A DNA stretch of 64,000 bases from positions 298,194 to 362,193 of the forward strand of contig CAUPQW010000001.1 in assembly GCA_963513545.1 (NCBI GenBank), given 5' to 3'. Shown in pieces: positions 1 through 10,600 of this stretch (position 1 is the stretch's first letter; each line of letters opens with the position of its first letter). This stretch comes from an uncultured Flavobacterium sp. (GTDB lineage: Bacteria; Bacteroidota; Bacteroidia; Flavobacteriales; Flavobacteriaceae). The notes under the pieces are model-generated. The model did no database searches. It saw only the letters and a program-made list of their open reading frames with translations, and was not told the origin of the DNA. A program made the position numbers and the translations under genes.

Positions 1-2
1 CG

Positions 3-3000
3 GAATCTGTTTCAGGTGATTTTGATGGTGATGGATTTATGGATTATTTGCTTTATCCTAAGGATTCTAAAACAAAAATCACCATATACAATGATCTCAG
101 AAATGCTTCTGCATTGGGAATCGGGTATCCTGTAAATATTGGTTTTTTTCAAGATATTTTTCCTTCTACATGGTTGATGGCAAACGGTAAGATTTCCAGT
201 CGTCAGGGAATAACTGCAGTTCATCCTGTAACGAGTCCACAAGGTAACATTGCATTTAAGACCTATTCATTTTCTGCTCCTTTCTTATATCAGCCAGTTA
301 CTCGAATAGTTAATTTTCCAACATATACACGTTCTGCTGGTTGTAAAGAATTTTATTCAGGTAATCAGGTAGGTTGCCAAGAAATAACCGAGGAGCAAGT
401 TATATCAAAAAAATATCTTTCAGGTGATTTTAATGGTGATGGATTAACTGATGTTATTGCAATAGATAATTCAGGTTATTCTAATCTCTATTGTGATTCA
501 AATGATAATAATGGATGTTATACTTATGGAGGAGATCAACAATATTATCCCAATCAGGTCTATTTCATTGATCTGAATATTACTTTGGCATCCAATTATT
601 TAAAAAATATAGGAACACTTCAAAATAAGATTACCTACGCATCAGATGTAAGGGTTATTGATTTTAATGGTGATGGAAGATCAGACTTTATGATACGGGA
701 AAATGGAAGCATTTTTGTTTATACAATGAGCCAAACATACGGATTGGTGTTACTTACTTCAAAAACTGATGCCGATATCTTTTTAAATAGAAAATTCTTA
801 GTTGGGGACTATAATGGAGATGGGAAAACCGATTTTATTACTCCAAAATTTGCAGAAAATAGTACATATCACACAGAATGGTATAAATTTACATCTAATG
901 GGACTAATTTTGTCAAAGAAGAACAGAATTATCCTCAGGTTAATTATCAGGCAATTGTTAATAGCAATAGTCATTATATTCCGATGGACTATGATAATGA
1001 TGGAAAGACGGATATAGTAGCCTTAACCTGTTACCTTCCCCCAAATACTACTGCTAATTATGTATACGTAAAATTTGCGGTTGCTTACAATAAAAACGGT
1101 GTTTTTAATTATACTGAAAATGTTGGAAGTAATGCAATATTTACGGCTGAAGAAGTTGGATTTGACTATTTATCACTCCCTATATTTTATAGTTCAAACC
1201 AACCCAACCGAAAGCTGGAAATAGCTTTGATGAGAAATGATAAAATTATATACTTCCAGTCACAAAAAGATTTTAGTATTGATAAATTATTAAAATCAAT
1301 TACTACAGGAAATGGGGTAAAAGAAAGTATTACTTATAAGTCGTTAGTATATGATATTAGTGAAGAAGATGTCAGTGTTTACACATCTGTACCTAACATA
1401 TCTTCATATCCCAATACAGATATTTTAACAGCCCCAAGCTTTCAGGTAGTTTCGATGTTTGAAAAAGAAAGTGCAACTGTTTATAAAAAGCAATTATTCT
1501 CTTATACAGGCGCAACTTTTAATTTGGAGGGAATGGGTTTCTTGGGGTTTCGGGCTACAATGCGAACTAACTGGTTTGATGATTATGGAAAAATTATAAG
1601 TAGCATTTCTAAATTTGATCCTAATTTACGTGGAGCGAATACTGAAAATTATACTTACGAAGGATTAATTTCCCCTGAGGTAACAGCTTATCAGTCAGCA
1701 GTAAATATGAACAGACCCAGCACAGTGATAGTAGATTATTCTGTAATAGATGATTATGACACAGTATTGGCTACAAAAAGTATTAAAATAGTGCCCGGTG
1801 TCACTATAGCGCCAGGAGGAGACTATGTATGGATAGCCCGTATTACGCCCGATTATGATTCAACAGGATTTGCCGAAACTAACACAAGTCCTCCGTATGG
1901 ACTCATCAGCAAATCACTATCTTTTTACGAGACCTCTTTATCGCCAACTAAAGTTTATAAAAGCCGAAATATAAAATCTAATTCATATAATATTCTCGAG
2001 AACACTAGTACTGAAACCACTACTGAATATGATGCTTATAATAATCCTACTGAATCTATAACGAAACTTAAAAATGGGGGAATTACAGAGCAAACTACTA
2101 CAAGTAGTATTACTTATGCAATCCCTTATACAACAAGCAGACCAATTAGTAAAACTCAAACCGTGACAAGTTCTGGTGATAGTATGAGCACGAAAGAAAC
2201 GTATGGATACGGTACAGGAACTGAAAGTAATTTGCTTAAAAAAATAGAAAAATGGGGAAATAATACAAATTCAATTAGGGAAGAAAATGTCTATGATGTT
2301 TTTGGAAATATTACTAAAAAAACAATAACAGCAGGATCAGAATCAAGAATTACAGATTATGAATATAATCCGGCCTCACCTTACAATGGACGTTTCTTAA
2401 CAAAAAGCACAGATGTTGAACGTTTGTCTACTATGTTTACATATAATGCAAATAATGGTTTATTAGATTCAGAAACGAATCCCTACAATTTAACAACAAC
2501 TTACCTATATGATTCATGGTTTAAAAAAACGAGGAAGACTGATTATTTGGGTAAATATAATACTTATTCTTATACTCGTAGTGGCAATGTAAATACTCTT
2601 GTTACTACAACAGGAGATAGCGATGGAAGTAAAAGCGAAGAGCTATTTGATGACTTAGGACGAAAAATACGGACAGGTATTAAAGATATTCAAGGTAATA
2701 TGTTTTATAAAGATTTCAAATACGATATTTATGATCGTAATTACAGTACGAGTGAGCCACATACTGGAAGTGCATCTCTATGGAGTACAACTGAGTATGA
2801 TTTGTATAGCCGTCCCCAAACAGTTACGAACTTTACCGGTAAAGTGGTTAATATAACATATGATAAATTGATCACCACAGTAACTGATGGTAGTACTGGT
2901 AATATCAAAACAGCTACTAAAAATGCTATTGGAAATGTCATTACCATGACTGAAGCTCCAATAGGAGGAACTATAAATTACACCTATTTTGCGAATGGAA

Positions 3001-6000
3001 ATTTAAAGGAAACCAATTATTCAGGTAATAAAATTTCCATAACTCAAGATGGTTGGGGTAGAAAAACCAGCCTGACAGATCCATCTGCCGGAACTTATTC
3101 ATATAAATACAATGCATTGGGTGAGCAAACAGAGGAGACGACTCCTAATGGTACTACCGTTTTCAACCTTGAGTCAACGACAGGCAAATTAACCAGTAAA
3201 ACTATCGTAGGAACTAATACCAATACTAGTACGGTTTATACCTACAATGCTTTGCCTGATAACAAAATGCTTCAAAAAACTGTTTATACTGACGTTGGTG
3301 ATGGCAACAAAACAATTACTACTGAATTTACGTATGATGCTCAAAAAAGGTTAGTTACCACCAAAGAAATTACAGGATATGGAGCAGAATTTACCAAAAC
3401 GATAGGTTATGATAATTGGGGAAGAGTAAATGCAGAAACTAGCGAGGCTAAACTAAATAGCAAAACGAGTACAACCGGTGTAAAACATAATTACAAGAAT
3501 GGTTATGCTTATTCTATGGAAAACTCTTCAAATACGGTAGTATATTATAAAACGGACGAAGTAAATTCCCGTGGACAATTAAAAAAGGGTACATTAGGTA
3601 ATGGAATTGTAATTAATAACACTTATGATGCTAATGACTTTGGCTACTTAGCAAACACAAAACATAGTTTGGGTACAATTACTACCATGGAGTTAAGTAC
3701 TGATTTTAATGTTCAACGAGGTAATCTTATGAGTAGGACTAACAGCCTTTTTGGTACAAGTGAAGTTTTTGAATATGATAATCAAGATCGTCTTACTAAA
3801 TATCCTAATGCATTAGGTGTACAAGTGTCACAAACTTATGAAGACGACGGACGTATTAAAGCAAATACATTAGGGACTTACAATTATGCCAATACTGCTA
3901 AAAAATATCAAAATACCTCGATAACATTAAGTCCGGAAGCTACAGGTTATTATGCTAACAGAGAAGGAATTTATAACGACAGTATGGAAGATTCTTCTGG
4001 ATGGGCATTGACTGATTCTAATATTTCATTTGATAAAAGTACACCTGCCCATTCTGGAAATACTTCTCTAAAAATAACCAATGTAGCGGGCGTTTCAGAA
4101 AGAGTAATTCATGCTAATTCCTGGGTAAAAATAAACAATACTGTACCTACTGAATATACATATTCAGCCTGGGTAAAGAGTGATGGGCCTCAGGCAGAAA
4201 TTTTTCTTTTCATGAAAACCGAAAATGAAATCGCTTATTTTACACAGATTGATAATAAAGTAAGCAATACTGTTAATCAATGGACACAAATTACTGGAAC
4301 TTTTATGGTGCCTGCTAATATCAAAAGACTAAACATTAGATTAGATAATAATGGTACTGGAAGCGTTTGGTATGATGATGTTATGATTCGCAAAACCAAT
4401 AATACAGCTTTGGTTGATAAAGAAATCCCAGATAGTGATTATAAAGACCGCCAGCTCAACATAACCTACAATACATTCAAGTCTCCCGTAGAGATTAGAG
4501 AAGCCGGAATTGACAAAATTAGTTTTACCTACAATGACAATAACAATCGAAGTGTAATGTTTTACGGTAGTTTGGATGCAACTAAACATTTGCGTCCTAT
4601 TCATAAGCATTACTCTGCTGATGGTACTATGGAAATTAAGCATAATATTCAAACAGGTGAAATAGAATTCGTAACTTATATGGGAGGTGATGGTTATTCG
4701 GCACCATTAATATACAAAAAGAGCTACAATAGTGGCGGAATATCACAAGATCAAATCTTATATTTGCATAGAGATTATCAGGGCAGTATTCTGGCTATAA
4801 CCAATCAGGCAGGTACTGTGTTAGAGAAACGTTTATTTGATGCTTGGGGAACTATAGTAAGTGTACAGGACGGGGCAGGAAACGTATTAAATGGTCTTAC
4901 TATATTGGACAGAGGATACACAGGCCATGAACACTTGCAGAGCGTAGGACTTATTCATATGAATGGACGCCTTTATGACTCAAAGCTGCACCGATTCCTA
5001 CAGGCTGATAATTATGTACAGGATCCGACTAATCCGCAAAACTTTAATAGATATGGTTATTGTATTAATAATCCATTAAAATACACGGATAAGAATGGTG
5101 AATGGTTTGGGCTTGATGATTTAGTAGTTGCAGCTTTTTCTTTTGCGATAGGATATGTTTCAAGTGGTTTGACAACCGGGGATTGGGGATGGAAGTCTGT
5201 ACAATCAGGATTAATTAGTGCTGTGACAGGGTGGATTGCATATAATACTTTAGGGGCGTCCACTTTCTCAGATAGTTGTGTAAGTGGTAATGTAGGAATG
5301 TGGAATTTCATTGGATCTTCTGCAGCAAGTGCAGCAATTGGAGCTTTTATGCCACCTGTAGGTATACCAATTGGGGACTGGACTGTTAGTATCTCTCCAA
5401 GTATTGCTTTCGGAAACGTCTCTGGTGTTGGAGCAAGTTTAAGCGTTACCTATAGTAGTGGAGATTTTAGTTTTTCCGGAGGAATAGGAATAATGAGTAA
5501 TAGCAATTATAATGGTTTTGGTAAAAATGGATTAGAAATACGTAAATCAATACTAATGTCATATGATGATGGAAGAACAGGTTTTTCATTGGGAACAAAT
5601 TTTTGGAGTGGGACAGATGGAATGAAAGATTTTACGCAAAGAACAGGAGTTGTTGGTTTACATTTTGGAGATTTTAGAGCGATGTATGAAAATGATGGTG
5701 GGCTTGGCATTTCACAGTCTAGATTAGGCGATAGAAATGATAGTTTTAGAACTGCTGCTTTGAATTTATCCGTTGGGGAATTTAGTGCAGGGTTTAATTT
5801 GTTTACTGGGCAAAGAAGTCGAACTGATCAGGAAACTGAAGAGGCAAGTACTCATAGTTATAAAGATAGATTTGGTGTTAATCATAAAAATGCCCCAGTA
5901 AATGAAATAGGTACTAAATACAGGTTAGGGGCATTAACCTTTGGTTACGGTGGTTATCGTGTAGGCGTTAATAGCGAACACATTCGACATGCTATTCAAA

Positions 6001-6107
6001 ACAGTATTATACACAGAGCTATTAATGATAACGAATTTACGAATACTTCTTGGTATTGGAAAGGCTATGTTCAATATAAAACTTCAAATATATTTACTTC
6101 ATGGTAA
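3..6107 (+). CDS. RHS/YD-repeat polymorphic toxin, 5'-partial (FG-GAP/VCBS repeats, YD shell, CBM-like insert, RHS core, ~333-aa divergent C-terminal tip)
   Basis: The frame is open from the window edge (ESVSGDFDGDGF precedes the first Met at 39), so the true start is upstream. FG-GAP/VCBS-like repeats: DFNGDGLTD, DFNGDGRSD, GDYNGDGKTDF, DYDNDGKTD. YD repeats: YEYNPASPYNGR, FTYDAQKRLV, FEYDNQDRLTKY. RHS core: YLHRDYQGSILAIT...GYTGHEHLQSVGLIHMNGRLYDSKLHRFLQAD, ending DPTNPQNFNRYGYCINNPLKYTDKNGEW (5022-5105). An unrelated tail follows at 5106-6104. Confidence 0.9.
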   Translation, partial: ESVSGDFDGDGFMDYLLYPKDSKTKITIYNDLRNASALGIGYPVNIGFFQDIFPSTWLMANGKISSRQGITAVHPVTSPQGNIAFKTYSFSAPFLYQPVTRIVNFPTYTRSAGCKEFYSGNQVGCQEITEEQVISKKYLSGDFNGDGLTDVIAIDNSGYSNLYCDSNDNNGCYTYGGDQQYYPNQVYFIDLNITLASNYLKNIGTLQNKITYASDVRVIDFNGDGRSDFMIRENGSIFVYTMSQTYGLVLLTSKTDADIFLNRKFLVGDYNGDGKTDFITPKFAENSTYHTEWYKFTSNGTNFVKEEQNYPQVNYQAIVNSNSHYIPMDYDNDGKTDIVALTCYLPPNTTANYVYVKFAVAYNKNGVFNYTENVGSNAIFTAEEVGFDYLSLPIFYSSNQPNRKLEIALMRNDKIIYFQSQKDFSIDKLLKSITTGNGVKESITYKSLVYDISEEDVSVYTSVPNISSYPNTDILTAPSFQVVSMFEKESATVYKKQLFSYTGATFNLEGMGFLGFRATMRTNWFDDYGKIISSISKFDPNLRGANTENYTYEGLISPEVTAYQSAVNMNRPSTVIVDYSVIDDYDTVLATKSIKIVPGVTIAPGGDYVWIARITPDYDSTGFAETNTSPPYGLISKSLSFYETSLSPTKVYKSRNIKSNSYNILENTSTETTTEYDAYNNPTESITKLKNGGITEQTTTSSITYAIPYTTSRPISKTQTVTSSGDSMSTKETYGYGTGTESNLLKKIEKWGNNTNSIREENVYDVFGNITKKTITAGSESRITDYEYNPASPYNGRFLTKSTDVERLSTMFTYNANNGLLDSETNPYNLTTTYLYDSWFKKTRKTDYLGKYNTYSYTRSGNVNTLVTTTGDSDGSKSEELFDDLGRKIRTGIKDIQGNMFYKDFKYDIYDRNYSTSEPHTGSASLWSTTEYDLYSRPQTVTNFTGKVVNITYDKLITTVTDGSTGNIKTATKNAIGNVITMTEAPIGGTINYTYFANGNLKETNYSGNKISITQDGWGRKTSLTDPSAGTYSYKYNALGEQTEETTPNGTTVFNLESTTGKLTSKTIVGTNTNTSTVYTYNALPDNKMLQKTVYTDVGDGNKTITTEFTYDAQKRLVTTKEITGYGAEFTKTIGYDNWGRVNAETSEAKLNSKTSTTGVKHNYKNGYAYSMENSSNTVVYYKTDEVNSRGQLKKGTLGNGIVINNTYDANDFGYLANTKHSLGTITTMELSTDFNVQRGNLMSRTNSLFGTSEVFEYDNQDRLTKYPNALGVQVSQTYEDDGRIKANTLGTYNYANTAKKYQNTSITLSPEATGYYANREGIYNDSMEDSSGWALTDSNISFDKSTPAHSGNTSLKITNVAGVSERVIHANSWVKINNTVPTEYTYSAWVKSDGPQAEIFLFMKTENEIAYFTQIDNKVSNTVNQWTQITGTFMVPANIKRLNIRLDNNGTGSVWYDDVMIRKTNNTALVDKEIPDSDYKDRQLNITYNTFKSPVEIREAGIDKISFTYNDNNNRSVMFYGSLDATKHLRPIHKHYSADGTMEIKHNIQTGEIEFVTYMGGDGYSAPLIYKKSYNSGGISQDQILYLHRDYQGSILAITNQAGTVLEKRLFDAWGTIVSVQDGAGNVLNGLTILDRGYTGHEHLQSVGLIHMNGRLYDSKLHRFLQADNYVQDPTNPQNFNRYGYCINNPLKYTDKNGEWFGLDDLVVAAFSFAIGYVSSGLTTGDWGWKSVQSGLISAVTGWIAYNTLGASTFSDSCVSGNVGMWNFIGSSAASAAIGAFMPPVGIPIGDWTVSISPSIAFGNVSGVGASLSVTYSSGDFSFSGGIGIMSNSNYNGFGKNGLEIRKSILMSYDDGRTGFSLGTNFWSGTDGMKDFTQRTGVVGLHFGDFRAMYENDGGLGISQSRLGDRNDSFRTAALNLSVGEFSAGFNLFTGQRSRTDQETEEASTHSYKDRFGVNHKNAPVNEIGTKYRLGALTFGYGGYRVGVNSEHIRHAIQNSIIHRAINDNEFTNTSWYWKGYVQYKTSNIFTSW

Positions 6108-6610
6108 AAAAAATAATACTAACAGTAATTACACTTTGTATGATAAGTTGTTTTTACACTCGAACAGATTATGGTAATATTAGATTTAAGCCTTATCGAT
6201 TTAGTATAGAACCAAATTCAAATTCTGATGTATATAAGGTTATTGATACTACAAAACTATATGAATTGGTTGACGCTATAAATTTAAAATACAATCAGAG
6301 GCCTAATAGTTTAAAAAAGCAATTTTTAAAATTCTATGCCAATGGTCGAGTTGGAGAATTTGAAGTTTATTATCCGAGCGATATTAAATCATTAGATCCA
6401 AAAAAAGCAAATATGGCTTATTACAATTATAATGGCAAAAGTCTAATTATTCAAATTTATTTTGAACATCCCCAAGGAGGAGGATTAATAAACAAGAATT
6501 TTAAAGAAATTAAAGGAGATACTTTAGAATTGGTAAACGATGATTATTCGTATAAATACAAAATTATAGATTTATCAAAGGAATTTTTAATTTACAAACC
6601 TGATTGGTAA
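6101..6610 (+). CDS. putative immunity protein of the RHS toxin (lipoprotein-like signal)
   Basis: The ATG at 6101 overlaps the toxin stop (ATGGTAA, stop 6105-6107). The N-terminus MVKKIILTVITLCMISC has a lipobox-like Cys. The gene sits in the canonical immunity slot right after an RHS tip. No family recognised. Confidence 0.6.
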   Translation: MVKKIILTVITLCMISCFYTRTDYGNIRFKPYRFSIEPNSNSDVYKVIDTTKLYELVDAINLKYNQRPNSLKKQFLKFYANGRVGEFEVYYPSDIKSLDPKKANMAYYNYNGKSLIIQIYFEHPQGGGLINKNFKEIKGDTLELVNDDYSYKYKIIDLSKEFLIYKPDW

Positions 6611-6670
6611 ATGGAAGGATAAAATAAAGAAAAACTGGGCTAGGTAAAAGGTAGAAGTTGGTCAACTACA

Positions 6671-6775
6671 AACTTTAATAGATATGGTATTGATAACCCC
6701 AATCGCATAGATATGAAGACAACGATTATGCGTGTTAGTAAAGGGCAGGTTAATAACAGGAAAAAACTCACTTAA
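6671..6775 (+). pseudogene. vestigial RHS core-end fragment (orphan tip remnant)
   Basis: Translates to NFNRYGIDNPNRIDMKTTIMRVSKGQVNNRKKLT*. The DNA 'aaactttaatagatatggt' is identical to the main core end at about 5038-5058 (QNFNRYGYCINNP). Only ~35 codons remain after the motif and there is no start codon. Confidence 0.55.
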
Positions 6776-6973
6776 ATTTGAGGTTTTTGTATTTTATACT
6801 TAAATGAAGTTTTAAAGTATACTAATTTTTTAAGCTTAATAAATAGTCAACAGTTGTAAAGTATATAAACCCAGTGGAAATCTTTTTTGATTAGTTATAA
6901 CTTAAATTAGGAATTACTAACAATTGAAAAAGCAGATAATCCATTTTTAATGGTTTAGATTTAGCCGAAGCCT

Positions 6974-7405
6974 TTATTGTACGTTGTAATCCTCATAAAA
7001 TTTTATTCTATCGCCCATCAAAAACATTTTTTTCTTAGCAAAATGAATAGAAAACTGACTGTACATCCATTCGTCGCTGTCTTCCGTTCTGTACCAGAAT
7101 GTATACGAAGCGCTGTTGTATCCTTCCTTAAGTATAGCAGTACCTTCCCAATTGCATTCGATTCCCCAGTTTATTTTTTTCTTGGTCATATCATCATATT
7201 GTATCACTCCCGTTCCGTCGTCATTTAAAACTGTGCTTGGTTCTTTTTTGTCCGGAGGCAGGAATGTACCGGTAATATGGTAAGGAAGGGTATTGGTAAT
7301 ATAATGTTCTTTTGATTTATATACGATTTGATCAACCTGAACTTGTGAATGTGATTTTATAGTAACAAAAAATAAGATAAAAAGGAATATTTTTAGGATT
7401 TTCAT
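6974..7405 (-). CDS. hypothetical secreted protein
   Basis: 143-aa ORF with an N-terminal signal-like segment MKILKIFLFILFFVTIKSHSQ. No family recognised. Confidence 0.55.
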   Translation of the reverse strand: MKILKIFLFILFFVTIKSHSQVQVDQIVYKSKEHYITNTLPYHITGTFLPPDKKEPSTVLNDDGTGVIQYDDMTKKKINWGIECNWEGTAILKEGYNSASYTFWYRTEDSDEWMYSQFSIHFAKKKMFLMGDRIKFYEDYNVQ

Positions 7406-7560
7406 TTTATGTCGGTTTTAGGTTTTGAAACTTTTTTTAAAATATGGGGCATTTCTTTGGCTAATATACTTTAATTTTTGCAAGAAAATAACCATTCATT
7501 TTTGAATTTAACTTAAAAGTTAAACTCAAAAAAAATAATTATTTGAAAAGAGATAATCCT

Positions 7561-7594
7561 AAAAAAAAGCCTCAGCAATACATATTGTTGAGGC
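7561..7594 (-). terminator. intrinsic terminator downstream of purL
   Basis: Hairpin gcctcagcaata / tattgttgaggc, with an A-run on the + strand that reads as a U-run on the minus transcript. Confidence 0.6.
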
Positions 7595-7617
7595 TGTCTA
7601 TATAATGAAAAATAAAT

Positions 7618-10600
7618 TTAGTTTTTTTCAATCCATTTTTTAGCATTCACAAAAGCTTCATGCCAAGGAGAAACCTCGTCGTTTCTGTCTTTTGCATAAT
7701 ACGCCCAGTTCCATTGGAAAGTCGAACGTTCAATGTGAGGCATCATAACCAAATGTCTTCCGGTTTTGTCACATAGCATTGCGGTGTTGTAATCAGAACC
7801 GTTTGGGTTTGCAGGATATCCTTCGTAAGCATATTTAGAAACAATGTTGTATTGGTCTTCTGCGTAAGGCAATTTAAATTTACCTTCTCCGTGAGAAACC
7901 CAAACTCCTAAAGTACTTCCTGCCAAAGTAGATAACATCACCGAATTATTTTCCTGAACCGTTACAGAAGTAAAGATGCTTTCGTGTTTCTGGCTTTCGT
8001 TATGGTGCATTTTTCCGTGAACTTCATGCTCCGGATTGATCACTTCTAATTCCATAAACAATTGGCAACCGTTACAGATTCCAACCGATAAAGTATCTTC
8101 TCTTTTGAAGAAATTATCTAAAGCTGTTTTTGCTTTTTCGTTATATAAGAAAGCTCCAGCCCAACCTTTAGCAGAACCTAAAACGTCAGAGTTAGAGAAT
8201 CCACCAACTGCTCCGATAAACTGAATATCTTCAAGAGTTTCACGTCCAGAAATTAAATCTGTCATGTGAACGTCTTTTACGTCAAATCCTGCCAGGTACA
8301 TAGCATTTGCCATTTCACGCTCAGAATTACTTCCTTTTTCACGGATAATAGCTGCTTTTGGTCTTGGTTTTGAGTTGTCGATTTCTGGTTTCTTTCCTGT
8401 AAAATGAGTAGGGAAAGTATAATTTAAAACCTGATTTTTATAGTTTTCGAAACGTGCTTTTGCAGTTCCATTTTTAGATTGTTTTTGATCTAATAAATAT
8501 GAAGTTTCGAACCAGATATCTCTATAAGTCGGAATGTCTAAAGTCCAAAGTCCAAGGTCTAAAACTGCAGTTTCCTGAATTGAACCAATTTTGAAGAATT
8601 CGATATTATTGGCTTTCAATTTAGCTTCAACAGTTGCATCAGATTTTGCCTGAAAAACAATTCCGATGTTTTCTGCGAAAAGGATTTTCAATACGTCTTT
8701 TTCTGCGAAAGCGCTGAAATCAATTTTAGCTCCCAAATTCACATCTGCAAAACACAATTCTAATAAAGTAGTGATTAAACCACCGCTTCCGATATCGTGA
8801 CCTGCTAAAATTTGGCTTTCGCCGATTAATTCCTGAATTGTATTAAAGGCATTTTTGAAGAAAGAAGCGTCTTTAATGGTAGAAGTTTCGTTTCCGATTG
8901 TATTTCTGATTTGTGCAAAAGACGAACCACCTAATTTAAAATCATCCTGAGACAAATTGATATAATAAATGGATTCTCCGTCTTTTTGTAAAACAGGTTC
9001 TACAACTTTTCTAATATCGGTACAATTTCCTCCTGCCGAAATAATAACCGTTCCCGGCGCAATTACTTCATCGTTTGGATATTTTTGTTTCATCGAAAGT
9101 GAATCTTTTCCTGTCGGAATATTGATTCCCAATTCGATTGCAAATTCAGAACAGCCTTCAACTGCAGCATACAAACGAGCGTCTTCACCTTCGTTTTTAC
9201 AAGCCCACATCCAGTTTGCAGAAAGAGAAATTCCTTTCATTCCGTCTTTAATCGGGGCCCAGATAATGTTTGATAAAGATTCTGCAATTGCATTTCTCGA
9301 ACCTGCAACAGGATCAATCAAAGCCGCGATAGGAGCGTGCCCGATAGAAGTTGCGATTCCTTCTTTTCCTAAATAATCCAAAGCCATTACACCAACATTG
9401 TTCAATGGCAATTGTAACGGACCGGCATTTTGTTGTTTAGCAACTCTTCCTCCAACACAACGGTCAACTTTGTTTGTTAACCAGTCTTTTGAAGCAACAG
9501 CTTCTAAACGTAAAACGTCTTTTAAATATGATTCAAAATCTGCAGTGTTGTAAACAACATCAGCATATTTTCTGTCGATAGTTTTGTCTGTCATAACCGT
9601 TTTTGGAGAACTTCCAAAGAAATCTTCCAAAGCATAATCCATTGGTTTAGAACCGTTAGATTGTGATTGAAAAGTAAAACGGTGATCGCCCGTTACATCT
9701 CCAACCTGATACATTGGCGAACGCTCTCTGTCAGCAATTCTTTGCAAAGTATCGATATCTTTTTGACCAATAACCAATCCCATTCTTTCCTGAGATTCGT
9801 TACCGATAATTTCTTTTGCCGAAAGTGTTGGGTCTCCAACTGGTAATTTGTCTAGATCGATCAAACCTCCAGTTTCTTCAACCAACTCAGAAAGACAGTT
9901 TAAGTGTCCACCCGCACCGTGATCGTGAATAGAAACAATTGGATTATTGTCGCTTTCTACTAAACCACGAATTGCATTTGCAGCACGTTTTTGCATTTCC
10001 GGGTTTGAACGCTGAATAGCATTCAACTCAATTCCTGAACCGAAAGCTCCAGTATCTGCAGAAGAAACTGCAGCTCCACCCATTCCGATTCTATAATTTT
10101 CTCCTCCAAGGATTACGATTTTATCGCCTTCTTGTGGTTTATGTTTTATTGCCTGATTTAATTTTCCGTAACCAATTCCACCCGCTTGCATGATTACTTT
10201 ATCGTAACCAATTTTACGGTCGTTTTCTCCATGTTCGAAAGTTAAAACAGAACCTGTAATAAGTGGCTGACCGAATTTATTTCCAAAATCTGAAGCTCCG
10301 TTTGAAGCTTTGATCAAAATATCCATTGGAGTCTGGTACAGCCATTTTCTTTCTTCAAGAGCATTTTCCCATTTTCTGTCATTGTTCAAACGAGAGTAAG
10401 AAGTCATATAAACCGCAGTTCCTGCTAATGGTAATGAACCTTGACCACCCGCCAAACGGTCACGAATTTCTCCTCCTGAACCTGTTGCAGCTCCGTTGAA
10501 AGGCTCTACAGTTGTTGGGAAATTGTGTGTTTCTGCTTTTAAAGATAAAACAGAATCAAATTTTTTTATTTCGTAAAAATCAGGTTTGTCTGCCGATTTT

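Noticed and set aside
5989-6177. 62-aa plus-strand ORF spanning the RHS stop and immunity start
   Set aside because: It is out of frame with both better-supported genes. The ATGGTAA coupling of toxin and immunity ORFs accounts for the region.
8969-9376. 135-aa plus-strand ORF (and 8036-8224, 10981-11187) inside purL
   Set aside because: It lies fully within, and antisense to, a gene with unambiguous end-to-end purL motifs. The composition is typical of shadow ORFs and there is no start context.
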